Assembly (NCBI GenBank): GCA_964364055.1
Contig: CAYILT010000003.1
Location: 1 to 45,008, forward strand
Length of the DNA: 45,008 nt
Direction of reading: 5' to 3'
Source of the DNA: an uncultured Nitrospiraceae bacterium
GTDB lineage: Bacteria; Nitrospirota; UBA9217
Position 1 is the first letter of the stretch; each line of letters opens with the position of its first letter. Shown piece by piece: positions 18,044 through 27,782 of the stretch. The notes beneath the pieces are model-generated. The model saw only the letters and a program-made list of their open reading frames with translations. It did not search any database and was not told the DNA's origin. Made by a program: the position numbers and the translations under genes.

Positions 18044-19171
18044 CTACTCCAGGAGTTTCTTCATGCTGACCCGCATCCGGTCGAGGGACTTGGCGAGGGT
18101 CTCCAGCTCGTCGTTCGACTTGATCTCTATCTTATCGGCCAGCTTGCCCATGGATACGGCATCGGCCGCGTTCGTCAACGCGATCACCGGGTTGATGACG
18201 CTCTTCCTCAGACTGAGGTTGATCACCACGGATATCAGCAGCAGAATTGACGTATAGACCGCGATGTTGATTATCAGCGTTCTTCTGATCTTGGCCAGGA
18301 CCGCGGTCCGGTCCATAAGAATACCGAGAAACCCGACTTCCTTGCCGGAGTAGTCGGTGAGCGGCGAGATGGCGATATAATACTCTTTGCCGCCGGCGGC
18401 AGCATGGTCTATATACGCGGCGCGTCCCGCGGCCTTCGCCGCCGCCAGCGTTTCAGGCCGTATGATCCCCTGTGTCAGGGCGGGGTTGGTGGAATAGAAG
18501 GGTGCGTAATTCCCGATGAGCTTCACGTTCTTCTGCCACTCCTGCCATACCTGAGTCGCGGCTTCCTTAGTGATAAGCGCTACCACCTCGGCGTTGAACA
18601 CCTTCTTTGCGTCCTCAAGGGCCGGCGCCAGGTCGCCTCCGAACTCCACGGACCCCACATGCTTTCCCTTCGAGAAGACCGGCTCCACCCCCCGGAGCCC
18701 GATGCCGGCGCGTCCGATCTCGATCCCTCGCACTCCCACCCGCTTCTCGTTCACGGAGAGGACCATAAACCTGAATGAGGACAGGTCGTCTCCATACTTT
18801 TCCGGTTGATGCACCCGTAAAAACGACGTGGCGGGCGGCTTGTGGAACTGAAACTGGGCAAGCCCGAATTTTTTCTTCAGAATTTCAAATCCCGGAAGAA
18901 ACTCGGAAACGAGCTTTTTCCGATCACCTTTGCCGAAGGCGTCGGCCGCGGCAGGCATGCCGGCGACGAGGGTCGCCATTTGCTGATAGAGGTCCATGCG
19001 GGCGTCCAGGATGCCGTGAGCGGTGTTGAGAACGCCTTTGAGCGTTTCCTCCGCTTCGTCGTGGACGAGCGAGACCTGTGAGAAGTAATTGAATCCGGCC
19101 AGGCCGCTCATGACAACCACCAGAATGACTATCACCGGAAGAATCGTTTTGGATTTCAGGCCTCGCTTCAT
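18044..19171 (-). CDS. Membrane sensor: Cache (dCache_3-like) domain plus terminal HAMP, no output domain
   Basis: Two TM helices, FQFHKPPATSFLRVHQPEKYGDDLSSFR, GIEIGRAGIGLRGV. Ends DELETLAKSLDRMRVSMKKLLE-stop. Confidence 0.85.
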   Translation of the reverse strand: MKRGLKSKTILPVIVILVVVMSGLAGFNYFSQVSLVHDEAEETLKGVLNTAHGILDARMDLYQQMATLVAGMPAAADAFGKGDRKKLVSEFLPGFEILKKKFGLAQFQFHKPPATSFLRVHQPEKYGDDLSSFRFMVLSVNEKRVGVRGIEIGRAGIGLRGVEPVFSKGKHVGSVEFGGDLAPALEDAKKVFNAEVVALITKEAATQVWQEWQKNVKLIGNYAPFYSTNPALTQGIIRPETLAAAKAAGRAAYIDHAAAGGKEYYIAISPLTDYSGKEVGFLGILMDRTAVLAKIRRTLIINIAVYTSILLLISVVINLSLRKSVINPVIALTNAADAVSMGKLADKIEIKSNDELETLAKSLDRMRVSMKKLLE

Positions 19172-19193
19172 ACTGTTTTCCCTCCTTTGTTAA

Positions 19194-19769
19194 CTATGAA
19201 ATGATCCTGGCTGCCTCTTTGAGGAATTCGTTACGATCGTCGGGATTCTCTATTTCGTCTTTCAGGATATCGGTGAGGCGGATGAGGTCTTCCCTTGTGG
19301 CCGGTGACGAGGCGCGCCACTTCTGTTCGATGGTCCGCGAGAACACCTTGGCGCCTGCGGGGCCGATCTGCCTGACCAGCGCCAGTTTGATATTTTCCTG
19401 CGCCGCCGCGGAAACGCCGGCAATCTGCGCGCCGGAAGGCCGGCTGCCGCCCGTGCCCGAATGGGCAGGCACCTCCACGGCCCTGTCGGCCGCCCTGAAG
19501 AACTGGATGATGTCCGCCAGTGGAGGGAGGTTCCCGTCCTGGACGTTCAGCAACACCTCAGGCATGAAAAAGTACTGTGAAAATTCCTGTCCAACCGCCT
19601 GGGCCAGGCACTCCTTTCCTTTCACGCTGCCGCAGGTGACGTGATAGAGCTGTCCTTCACGGAAGAACAGCTTCAACTGCGTATTGGCGCCTTTCACGGC
19701 AATGGAAAGAAGTCCGCTTTTTCCGCTCCGATTGATCTCCGCAATGAATTCTGACAGCCCGGTTTTCAT
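19194..19769 (-). CDS. DUF4388/PATAN-like protein
   Basis: GKSGLLSIAV...KLFFREGQLYH and LVRQIGPAG; paralog of 15016-15555. Confidence 0.6.
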   Translation of the reverse strand: MKTGLSEFIAEINRSGKSGLLSIAVKGANTQLKLFFREGQLYHVTCGSVKGKECLAQAVGQEFSQYFFMPEVLLNVQDGNLPPLADIIQFFRAADRAVEVPAHSGTGGSRPSGAQIAGVSAAAQENIKLALVRQIGPAGAKVFSRTIEQKWRASSPATREDLIRLTDILKDEIENPDDRNEFLKEAARIIS

Positions 19770-19843
19770 AGTATTTTATTCTCCCTGCGGACCGGTGTTC
19801 GAAAGCACGATGCAGGTTCTATAACCTGCGGCATTCCTTCGCG

Positions 19844-20212
19844 TTACTTCTGTTTAACGTGCTTTTTGACGGCGATCAGCAGATCGAGGGGTGTGAAGGG
19901 TTTCGTGATGTATTCGGTGGCGCCCTGTTTGAGCCCCCAGGCCTTATCGCTTTCCTGATTCTTTGAGCTTATCATGATGATGGGGAGGCCCTTGAGCTTT
20001 TCATCCGCCCTCAGGTCCCGGCATACCTGAAACCCATTTTTTTTCGGCATGATGACGTCCAGAATCACCAGATCCACCGACTCCGTCCTCGCCTTGTGCT
20101 CGGCTTCCTCGCCATCTACAGCCATAATGACCTCATGGCTAGCCTCTTTCAGGATGTCTTTTATCATGTGAAGTTCGGTAGCGCTGTCTTCTGCCACGAG
20201 TATTTTTGCCAT
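19844..20212 (-). CDS. Single-domain response regulator (PilH/CheY-like)
   Basis: ILVAEDS, LVILDVIMPKKNGFQVCR, GATEYITKP; close paralog of 13682-14047. Confidence 0.93.
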   Translation of the reverse strand: MAKILVAEDSATELHMIKDILKEASHEVIMAVDGEEAEHKARTESVDLVILDVIMPKKNGFQVCRDLRADEKLKGLPIIMISSKNQESDKAWGLKQGATEYITKPFTPLDLLIAVKKHVKQK

Positions 20213-20284
20213 TACGTTCTCCTCCACGCACGGTTCTTTGTTCAGGTAAAGCGCCTGCCCCTGGGAGCGGGTTTATTCTCATCG

Positions 20285-21720
20285 TTATGTCTTCCGTTGG
20301 AAGAGGTCCTGCCTCACCCACACCCAGCACAGGCTTCTAAAGCCGGTGAACGAGGCCCTGATGTCAGGAAGACTCCTGATGCCCAGGACCCTCCGGACGA
20401 GAAAGCGCGGCCGCGAGTAGAATTTCTTGAACGCCATCTGGCGGAGCTGCGTTATCTCGTCCCGTTTCATCGAATAAGGGATGAATGCCGCGCCCTGGTA
20501 GGTATAAGTCGGCAAAGTCCCTGGACCTGGTGCCGTACTGCTCGATATTGTCGTAGAGCTCGGTGCCGGGAAAAGGCGTCGGACAGTGGAAATTGGCTAC
20601 ATCGGGATCGAGTTCACAGGCAAACCTGATGGTCTCCAATCCCTCCTCGAAGGTCTCTCCGGGGATGCCGAAGAGGAAGGGCGTGAACACCGTCAGCCCC
20701 ACATCCTTTGCAGCGCGGACGGCCCTGCGCGTCTGATCCAGCGTGATGCCCTTGCGAATGGCGTTCAGGTTCTTCTGCACGCCGCTCTCGGCGCCGAAGA
20801 GGATGGCCCAGCAGCCCCGCGTCCTTGAACGCTTGAAGCAGGGGCTTGTCCACCTGGTGGACGCGGGCCGAAGCGAACCACGTAATGTCGAGCTTGCGCG
20901 CCTTGATCTCACGGGCGATCCGCATGGCGCGGCCGTAATCAGCGGCAAGGGTGTCGTCAATGAACTTGATCTCGCGGTAGCCCTGGCTCAGGCAATGCTC
21001 GATCTCCTCCATGACGCTCCCGACGCTCCGGTAGCGGATGCCGCTTTTCCGTTCCTTGTCGATCTGGAAACAGCAGAGGCCTTTCCGGTTGCACCCCCGC
21101 GAGGTGATGATGACGGCCACGGATTTTCTCTTATACGTTGCGGGCGGCGGGATATAGCTGTCCGTATCACCCAGAAGCTCCCGCGCCGGGAAGGGCAGGG
21201 CGTCGAGATCCGTGTTCAAGGGACGGTCAGGATTGGCAAGGATGTTCGTTCCCTCGCGGTAGAGCACACCTTTGACGCCGGCCAGGCCCGCGCCCGCGGA
21301 GAGCTGCTCCACCATCTCGGCAACGGTCGCCTCTCCTTCTCCGGTTACGACGGCATCGATGCATGACGCATCCTGCAGACAGTGTTGCTTCGTGGCAATG
21401 GGATAGGGGCCGCCCACGGCAAGGAAGACGTGGGAGAGGAGCAGCTTGATGTCCGATGCGGTAAGACGGGCCTTGGCCCATCCGAAGGCGGTGGAATAAA
21501 TGCCGACAAAGCCGGGATTCCAGACGGAGAGGGCATTCAGGATCTCCGCGTGGGACAGGAAGGCGCCGTTCAGGAACTTCACCGTATGCCCCGCCTGTAT
21601 CAGCGATGAGGCGACATACAACGTGCCGAGGGGCTGCCAGTAGTTGATCTGGGCGGCCGCGGTCTTGGTGGGAAAAATGTCTTCCGGCGTCCAGGAGGGT
21701 ATGATGAGAGCGCATTTCAT
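20285..21720 (-). pseudogene. B12-binding radical SAM protein with two frameshifts
   Basis: One gene split over three frames (WQPLGTLYVA...; ILFGAESGVQ...GIPGET; TYQGAAFIPY). Breaks near 20820 and 20510. The cluster motif reads SRGCNRKGLCC, with the second Cys missing. Confidence 0.85.
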
Positions 21721-21725
21721 GACGA

Positions 21726-23132
21726 TTACACTCCCGCGAACAGCGGCTCCCGCACGGGTTCCGGCGCAGGCGAAATGCGCAGGATATCGTTCGCCGCCGC
21801 GATGCCCGATTCCATGGCATGGTCCATGTTGTGATACCGGAACATGCCGCCCCTGCCGATGACATGGAGGTTCCGGAAGCGCCCCAGATAGTCCAGGACC
21901 TTGTCCGCGTATTTTCGGTAGTTGACGGTAAAAAGGGGGTAAGCCCGGGGCACCCGGACCACGCAGGAGCCGATGACCTCCCGCTCGGTGATGAACCCCA
22001 TGCGGCTCAAGTGCTTCACCGTGCCGGCGGTAAGCTCTTCATCGCTGGCGTTCCATATACCGTCTCCCTGAAAGCAGAAATATTCGGCCACAATATGCGT
22101 CTTGCCGGCGGGGGCCATGGCGGAACTCCAGTTCTTCGGCTCATGGATCCTGCCGAAGGGGATGGCCTGCTCCGGAAGATACATCCAGGTGAGATCGGTC
22201 ACCCGGTCGCGATCGATCATGACCGTCGAGACGACAAGGTCGCGATACGCAAGCTGCGCGGCGGCCTGCCGGATCTCCTCCGGGGCGGCGGGGTGAAGGG
22301 AAGAGAGCAGCGTCGTAAGGGGGATGCTCGAGATATAGTCCGCACCAGCGGCATTGTACAGGTCGCTGCCGTTCCGGAGCATCACGTTCGTGATGGTGAA
22401 GTCATCGTGGTCAACCCTGCATACCCTCGTATCCGTCCGCACGGCATTGCGGGCCTCGATCTCGTCGCGCAGGCGGTCGGCGATCATGCCGATCCCCCCG
22501 GCGGGGTACAGGAATGCATCGGCAAGGGTGTTGATATCTCTCCCGCTCCGCTTCGTGAAGGCGTTCTTGATCGCGGCCCACAGGGACAGGCCCTCGATGC
22601 GGCGGGCGACCCATTCCTCGCTGATATCCCCGCACCCTATCCCCCAGACCTTTTCGCTGTATTCCCGGAAGTACAGGTCGAACATCGTACGGCCGAACCG
22701 GTTCACGACCCAGTCCTCAAGGGAGACCAGGGAAGGCCTGCGGAGAGCGTTCCTGACGTTCTGCGCGAGGTAATCCGCGATGATGCGCGCCGTGGTCGAA
22801 AGGCCCATGCCGAAGACCGCGTTTGCCGGCGTCAGGGGGTAATCGAAATACCTGCCCCGCATGTGGATCTGGCTCGTTCTCGGGACCACGAGGCAATCAT
22901 CCCGGAGGAGGCCCCGGACAAAATCTTCGATGGCCCGGTCCTTCGTGATGAACCGGTGACCGCCCAGATCAAAGCGGAAGCCGTCGTGATCGATCGTCCG
23001 TGACAGGCCCCCTACCGCTGAGCCCCCCTCTACGACCGTGACGCTCCTGCCCGCTCTCGTGAGAACGCAGCCTGCGGCAAGGCCCGCGAGCCCCGCGCCC
23101 AGGATCATGGTTTGATCTGATCGGATATCCAT
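21726..23132 (-). CDS. FAD-dependent oxidoreductase (HemY/UDP-galactopyranose mutase-like superfamily)
   Basis: ILGAGLAGLAAG, VGGLSRT, FDLGGHRF, GRGGMFRYHNMDHAMESG. Confidence 0.88.
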   Translation of the reverse strand: MDIRSDQTMILGAGLAGLAAGCVLTRAGRSVTVVEGGSAVGGLSRTIDHDGFRFDLGGHRFITKDRAIEDFVRGLLRDDCLVVPRTSQIHMRGRYFDYPLTPANAVFGMGLSTTARIIADYLAQNVRNALRRPSLVSLEDWVVNRFGRTMFDLYFREYSEKVWGIGCGDISEEWVARRIEGLSLWAAIKNAFTKRSGRDINTLADAFLYPAGGIGMIADRLRDEIEARNAVRTDTRVCRVDHDDFTITNVMLRNGSDLYNAAGADYISSIPLTTLLSSLHPAAPEEIRQAAAQLAYRDLVVSTVMIDRDRVTDLTWMYLPEQAIPFGRIHEPKNWSSAMAPAGKTHIVAEYFCFQGDGIWNASDEELTAGTVKHLSRMGFITEREVIGSCVVRVPRAYPLFTVNYRKYADKVLDYLGRFRNLHVIGRGGMFRYHNMDHAMESGIAAANDILRISPAPEPVREPLFAGV

Positions 23133-23241
23133 GGCGATGTCGGCCTTTGGCGCTGCGGACGTGGTTTACCGGAGAACACGCGGGGGGAAGAGGACCCTGG
23201 CCGGGATCGTGACTGTCGTGGAGGCAAGCGATCCGCGAGCG

Positions 23242-23703
23242 CTACCGCGCGATCAGCACCGGGATCTCCGCCCGGTTGGCGATCTCCCTGCTCACGCTGC
23301 CCATCATGAGCGTGTGGAGCCTCTTGCCCCTCGATCCGACGATGATCATCTCCGCGCCTACATCCTTGGCCGTCTGGAGGACCTCATCGGAGGGATGCCC
23401 CTGCTTCACGACCGTCTTGATGCCGGTGACGCCCTTCTTGTTCAGCGCCTGCTTGTAGTGCTCCAGGACGGCCTGGGCCTTCTTGTCGAGCGCGTCCTGG
23501 TATGCCGTTCCCTGCAGCTGCTCCTTCAGCGTCGACAGCTCGGCCATGCCCAGCATCTCGTCCATCAGGGACTTGCCCTCGATCTTCTCGACGTACAGCA
23601 GCACGACCGTGTCCGGCCGCGTGCAGGAAAAAAGTCCAGCGAAGGTATCGATGGTCGTCTGTGAGCCCTTGCTGTCATCAACGGCAATGAGAACTGTTTT
23701 CAT
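23242..23703 (-). CDS. Universal stress protein
   Basis: VLIAVDDSKGS, GHPSDEV, IIVGSRG...MGSVSREI. Confidence 0.93.
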   Translation of the reverse strand: MKTVLIAVDDSKGSQTTIDTFAGLFSCTRPDTVVLLYVEKIEGKSLMDEMLGMAELSTLKEQLQGTAYQDALDKKAQAVLEHYKQALNKKGVTGIKTVVKQGHPSDEVLQTAKDVGAEMIIVGSRGKRLHTLMMGSVSREIANRAEIPVLIAR

Positions 23704-23733
23704 TTCGACTCCTTGGAAAATAATGGTAAGGCC

Positions 23734-23949
23734 TTATTTCTCATCCTTGTACAGGTCCTTATAATAGTCCTGTGTCTTCGTGTCAATGCCTTCTACGGAA
23801 TCGCCGGTACTGCCGTAGCCGCCGGATTCCGCGGACTCGAAATAACCGACCTGCACACCGCTTTTCACGGACACCGCGTAGCCCGCAGCGGCTCCGAGGG
23901 TCCAGATGACGGCCGCAAGGAGAATCCAAATTTTTGTTTTCATGCCCAT
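23734..23949 (-). CDS. Small membrane or exported hypothetical protein
   Basis: GGGGAGG RBS, N-terminal hydrophobic helix, GYFESAESGGYG, C-terminal DTKTQDYYKDL. Confidence 0.75.
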   Translation of the reverse strand: MGMKTKIWILLAAVIWTLGAAAGYAVSVKSGVQVGYFESAESGGYGSTGDSVEGIDTKTQDYYKDLYKDEK

Positions 23950-23976
23950 GCCTCCCCGTTATTCATGCTCACTGGC

Positions 23977-24165
23977 CTACTCTTCCTTCAGCAGGTTCTT
24001 GTAGTAGTCCTGCGTCTTCTTGTCCAGCTGTGCGCCTGCCTTGACCTTGTTCGGCCCGCCACCGATGATGCCGGCCTCAACGAACGGCGGCAGACTGTAG
24101 CCGATGAGGAATCCAATGAACCCCATCACGATAACCACCACGATCCAGAACGAACTCTTCATCAC
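23977..24165 (-). CDS. Small membrane hypothetical protein
   Basis: GGGAGG RBS, TM helix ending GYS, C-terminal DKKTQDYYKNL. Confidence 0.75.
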   Translation of the reverse strand: MMKSSFWIVVVIVMGFIGFLIGYSLPPFVEAGIIGGGPNKVKAGAQLDKKTQDYYKNLLKEE

Positions 24166-24197
24166 AACCCCTCCCTGGCGCGAAATTATTCAGCCGC

Positions 24198-24449
24198 TTA
24201 TGCCTTCTTGATCTTCCATGCATATTTGCCGCTGGCCATGCTCTTTTCAATGATGTCGTTTCCGAGGGTCTCGCACATCGCGGAGATCGACTCTCCCGAC
24301 GACGGATTGTCGAAGACCAGCTCGATGACATCTCCCGGTTTCATTTTTTCGAGCGCCTTTTTTGTGTAGATCTGAGGATGGGGGCAAACATATCCCGTTA
24401 CATCCAGTATATAGAGACCTTCACTTTTCTTCTCAAACTTCATTGCCAT
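24198..24449 (-). CDS. TusA/YeeD-family sulfur carrier
   Basis: LDVTGYVCPHP (CPxP) and ELVFDNPSS; immediately downstream of the YeeE gene. Confidence 0.9.
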   Translation of the reverse strand: MAMKFEKKSEGLYILDVTGYVCPHPQIYTKKALEKMKPGDVIELVFDNPSSGESISAMCETLGNDIIEKSMASGKYAWKIKKA

Positions 24450-24474
24450 GGTCGTACCCTCCCTGAGCTAGTTG

Positions 24475-25911
24475 TTAAAGATCGAACGCGGCCATCTCCT
24501 TGGCCATCTTTCGCTCGGTCCACCAGTTGAAGAACTTGACCCCGATATAGGCGCCGCCGATCATCCCGATGCCGAACAGCCAGCCCGACGCATCGCCCAG
24601 GGCAACGCGGGCGAAGAAGGCCCCCACATTGCACCCGAGGCCGAGGCGGGACCCGATCCCCATCAGGAGGCCGCCGATGATCGCCCAGACCGCGAGTTCT
24701 TTTGTGGGCTTCTTGAACTTGAACTCATTGCTGAGCAGCGCCATCACCGCTGCGCCGCCGATAAGTGCAAGCGACATCCAGTCGGCCGGGTTTACGGCGG
24801 GATTGGGTATGCCGTTGTTCAGTCCGAAATAGATATTGTCCATATTGTTCCAGCCGAGCTTGTTGAACACCCAGCCGACCCACTGGGCCTCCTGGGTGGT
24901 GACGTACCAGTAGCCGGGGTCGAAGACCGTGCCGTTCACCGACAAACCGAAATCGTGCCCCAGTCTCGAGAGGAGCGTTCCCGCGTTCCTGACCCCGAAT
25001 TTGATCCGCAGCCCTTCGATCACGAGCATCTGGAGCCCGCAGGCAATGCCCAGAAAGAGGCCAGCGAGGGCCGTTCGTTTCGACGACGCTATCATGCCCC
25101 AGTAACCGGCAAGCTCGTCCCGGAATGTTGCGCTTTTCCCGGCCTGAGTGACCTTTTTTAAATAGTTTTTTCTGACCCAGAAACCATAGACGACCACGAG
25201 CAGCAACGTTGCCGGGAGCACGACGCCGACCAGAAAGTCGCCGATAAATGCGCCCGCAAACGACGCGTCCTTGAATCCGAGCAGCTCGGAGAACTTCACT
25301 ATCGGCTGGTTCCATAAGTAGCCGGCGAGATACTGGTCGACCCATCCGTCGCCGGCGTTGATGGCCGCGGGCAGTTTTTTTGCCAGGGCCGACTCGTGCC
25401 AGGACTGGGGCACGAGTTTGTTGAACCAACCCCCGAGGTCCACGAATGTTGCCTGGGTAACGCTGATCGACAGCACCACGAGCAGGGAGACCCCGTTGCC
25501 CTCGCCGGTCTTGTACAGGGAGCCCGATGCGCAGCCGCCGGCGAAAACCATCCCGACGCCGAAGATGAGCCCCGCGATGGTCGCGGCGATGCTGGTCGGA
25601 GCGGCATGGAACGTGCTCATGCCCGTTGCGGTCACAAAGGCGGAAACGAAGCTGAACAGGACCGTGGCGATCATGATGCCGACGACCATGCGAGGGACTC
25701 CCACCGCAAAGAGGTCCCGGAACGCTGACGCGAAACAGAACCGTCCGTACTGCAGGCACATACCGTAGACAAAGCCGAACCATAAATAGGCCGAAATGTA
25801 GATGTAGTACTCATGGACAGCAAAACTGAAAACGCTGACCATGATCAGGAACCCGACGATGCCCAGCGCCCAGCGTTGGTTCTTTGTTTCCGTAATTGTC
25901 GCCTCGTTCAT
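24475..25911 (-). CDS. YeeE/YedE-family sulfur-compound (thiosulfate) transporter
   Basis: Three family cysteines: GRFCFAS, AGGCASG, GLGCNVG. Start placed at ATG 25911, after a GAGGTGG RBS and downstream of the sigma54 promoter. Confidence 0.9.
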   Translation of the reverse strand: MNEATITETKNQRWALGIVGFLIMVSVFSFAVHEYYIYISAYLWFGFVYGMCLQYGRFCFASAFRDLFAVGVPRMVVGIMIATVLFSFVSAFVTATGMSTFHAAPTSIAATIAGLIFGVGMVFAGGCASGSLYKTGEGNGVSLLVVLSISVTQATFVDLGGWFNKLVPQSWHESALAKKLPAAINAGDGWVDQYLAGYLWNQPIVKFSELLGFKDASFAGAFIGDFLVGVVLPATLLLVVVYGFWVRKNYLKKVTQAGKSATFRDELAGYWGMIASSKRTALAGLFLGIACGLQMLVIEGLRIKFGVRNAGTLLSRLGHDFGLSVNGTVFDPGYWYVTTQEAQWVGWVFNKLGWNNMDNIYFGLNNGIPNPAVNPADWMSLALIGGAAVMALLSNEFKFKKPTKELAVWAIIGGLLMGIGSRLGLGCNVGAFFARVALGDASGWLFGIGMIGGAYIGVKFFNWWTERKMAKEMAAFDL

Positions 25912-25990
25912 TTCCACCTCGTTACCTCCTGCCTGATGATTTCTTGTGTTCCCGTCCGGATACCCTTTGTTAGCGATGTACAACTCTAAT

Positions 25991-26006
25991 TGCAAGGATG
26001 TTGCCA
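25991..26006 (-). promoter_or_regulatory. sigma54 (-24/-12) promoter of the YeeE operon
   Basis: Minus strand reads TGGCAACATCCTTGCA. Confidence 0.8.
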
Positions 26007-26056
26007 TGTTCAATGGTTGAATAAATCAACGATTATTTGATCCAAGGAACAAGACC

Positions 26057-26072
26057 TGTCCAGAACAGGACA
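26057..26072. promoter_or_regulatory. Candidate enhancer site TGT-N10-ACA
   Basis: TGTCCAGAACAGGACA, about 50 bp upstream of the -24 box; near-identical site at 29146. Confidence 0.6.
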
Positions 26073-26084
26073 GCGATAAAATGA

Positions 26085-27779
26085 CTACTGTGCTGTTTCG
26101 GCCAGACAGTTTCTGCTGAAGAGGGTGACAAAAATTTTATACTTAAACACGCCGGTGGAAGACTCGAATCGCTTTACCAGGTCCAGGCTGCCCTGTTGCT
26201 GGTCGATCCCGGGCGGGGCAGCCATGAGAGGTTCGCCGGAAAGGATGGCGACGGGCGCGCAGGCGTCCTGCTCCCGTCCATCATAGTAAGCCGGCCGCCG
26301 GATCTCCCAGGTGAACCTGAGCGGGGACTGCGTGATGGATCTCTTCTCAGGTTGAGCAACAAGCCCGTCGCGATAGATGATCCTTTTCCCCATGTAGAGG
26401 TCCAGGAGCGGGACCGCCATTTCCGTATTGCCCGCGGACCGCGGTTGCGGAAGGGCGTAGACCTCCACACTGTTGCCGTCAAGGGTATCAAGATAGATGC
26501 CGGCATCCCGGAGGTTGACGAGGCTCGTCCTCTCCAGAAACGGCGCATAGGCGCCGAGGGCGATCACCAGCGATGTGGTTACCGCGCACCAGACAATGAA
26601 CAGCCGCACCTCGCGGTTCTTTACTTCCTGGAGCCCGTAGGAAGCCATAAGGGTGAAGAGCGGGGCAAGGGGAAGAAGGTACCGCATTCGTTCATGGTGC
26701 AGGAAGATCACGAAGACCGCGAACCACGCGGGAACCAGAAAACGCGCATCTCTCCTTCTGGTCCCTGCCACGATGCCGACGCCGGCGGCAACGGTCAGGA
26801 ATGGATGGGTCTGAAAAAGGAAGGTTGACAGAAGGCCCTCCTGCCATCGTTTGAGCCCCTCCCATTGATAAGTACGAAGCAGGTCCACCTGGCCCCTGAT
26901 GACATCATACTGCGAAAGGAAAACGATGAGGGAAAGCGCGCCTGCTCCTGCCAGGACCGCTGCAGCGCGTCCGAGGACCACGCGCCGGTCGCTCCTTGCC
27001 GGGACGAGGAGGATGATCAGGAGGGGAAACAACATGATACCAGCGGAATACTTCGAGAAGACGCTCAAAAACAACGCAAGACAGGCACAGCATATCCGGA
27101 ACAGTCCTCCCCGTTCGATGGCGCCCAGATAGGTGAAAATAGCGAGCGTGATGAAGAACATGGTCGGGACATCGGCAAGCATGAGCGATGCCTGCGTAAG
27201 GAGGTACGGGATCCCCAGGAGCAGCAGGCCGGCGGTCACCCCGGTCTCCCGGTTCCAGAGCGTCCTGCCGATATGGTACGTGAGCAGCACGGTCAAGGAA
27301 AAGAGCAGGGTCGCAAATACCTGTATGAATATCCGGGATTCGCCGAGGTACCGGAAGATGAGCCCATAGAGGAAAGGCACAACAGGAAGGTCCGTCCATG
27401 CCCCGATCGCCCGCCCCCATTCCCGGAAAAAGGAGAAGATCCCGTAAAGCTCCAGATGCTTGGCCTGGAGAAAGTACCGGGAAGCATCGATGATGACCTC
27501 CGGTCCCCTCCACAGCGGAAGAACAGCGAGGAACGCGAGGATCGGCAGGACCACGCCGGGAGCACGATCGAGGAGGGTACTGCGGGAGAGATACCAGGAA
27601 ACGACAATGCCGAGCGCGATGAACAGGGTGACCTGCCCGATGGCCGCACCGGGGAAGATCCAGTTCCAGTTCGTGAGCGCGTTCGTATCGAGAAAACGGC
27701 CTATGGACAGCAGGGGGACCGTGAGGAGCGCCGCGAACGCGATGAGCAGTGTTGCATCGGTTTTGTTCAGCCTATTCAC
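26085..27779 (-). CDS. GT-C fold glycosyltransferase (ArnT/PMT_2, GT39-like)
   Basis: Polytopic membrane protein with IDASRYF, DLPVVPFLYG, MLADVP, SKY and RYLLPLAP. Confidence 0.8.
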   Translation of the reverse strand: MNRLNKTDATLLIAFAALLTVPLLSIGRFLDTNALTNWNWIFPGAAIGQVTLFIALGIVVSWYLSRSTLLDRAPGVVLPILAFLAVLPLWRGPEVIIDASRYFLQAKHLELYGIFSFFREWGRAIGAWTDLPVVPFLYGLIFRYLGESRIFIQVFATLLFSLTVLLTYHIGRTLWNRETGVTAGLLLLGIPYLLTQASLMLADVPTMFFITLAIFTYLGAIERGGLFRICCACLALFLSVFSKYSAGIMLFPLLIILLVPARSDRRVVLGRAAAVLAGAGALSLIVFLSQYDVIRGQVDLLRTYQWEGLKRWQEGLLSTFLFQTHPFLTVAAGVGIVAGTRRRDARFLVPAWFAVFVIFLHHERMRYLLPLAPLFTLMASYGLQEVKNREVRLFIVWCAVTTSLVIALGAYAPFLERTSLVNLRDAGIYLDTLDGNSVEVYALPQPRSAGNTEMAVPLLDLYMGKRIIYRDGLVAQPEKRSITQSPLRFTWEIRRPAYYDGREQDACAPVAILSGEPLMAAPPGIDQQQGSLDLVKRFESSTGVFKYKIFVTLFSRNCLAETAQ

Positions 27780-27782
27780 CGG

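Noticed and set aside
25912-26013. Upstream start for YeeE at 26013, and the similar extension of the cytochrome ORF to 18039
   Set aside because: The YeeE extension overlaps its sigma54 promoter. Better RBS-supported starts are 25911 and 17898.
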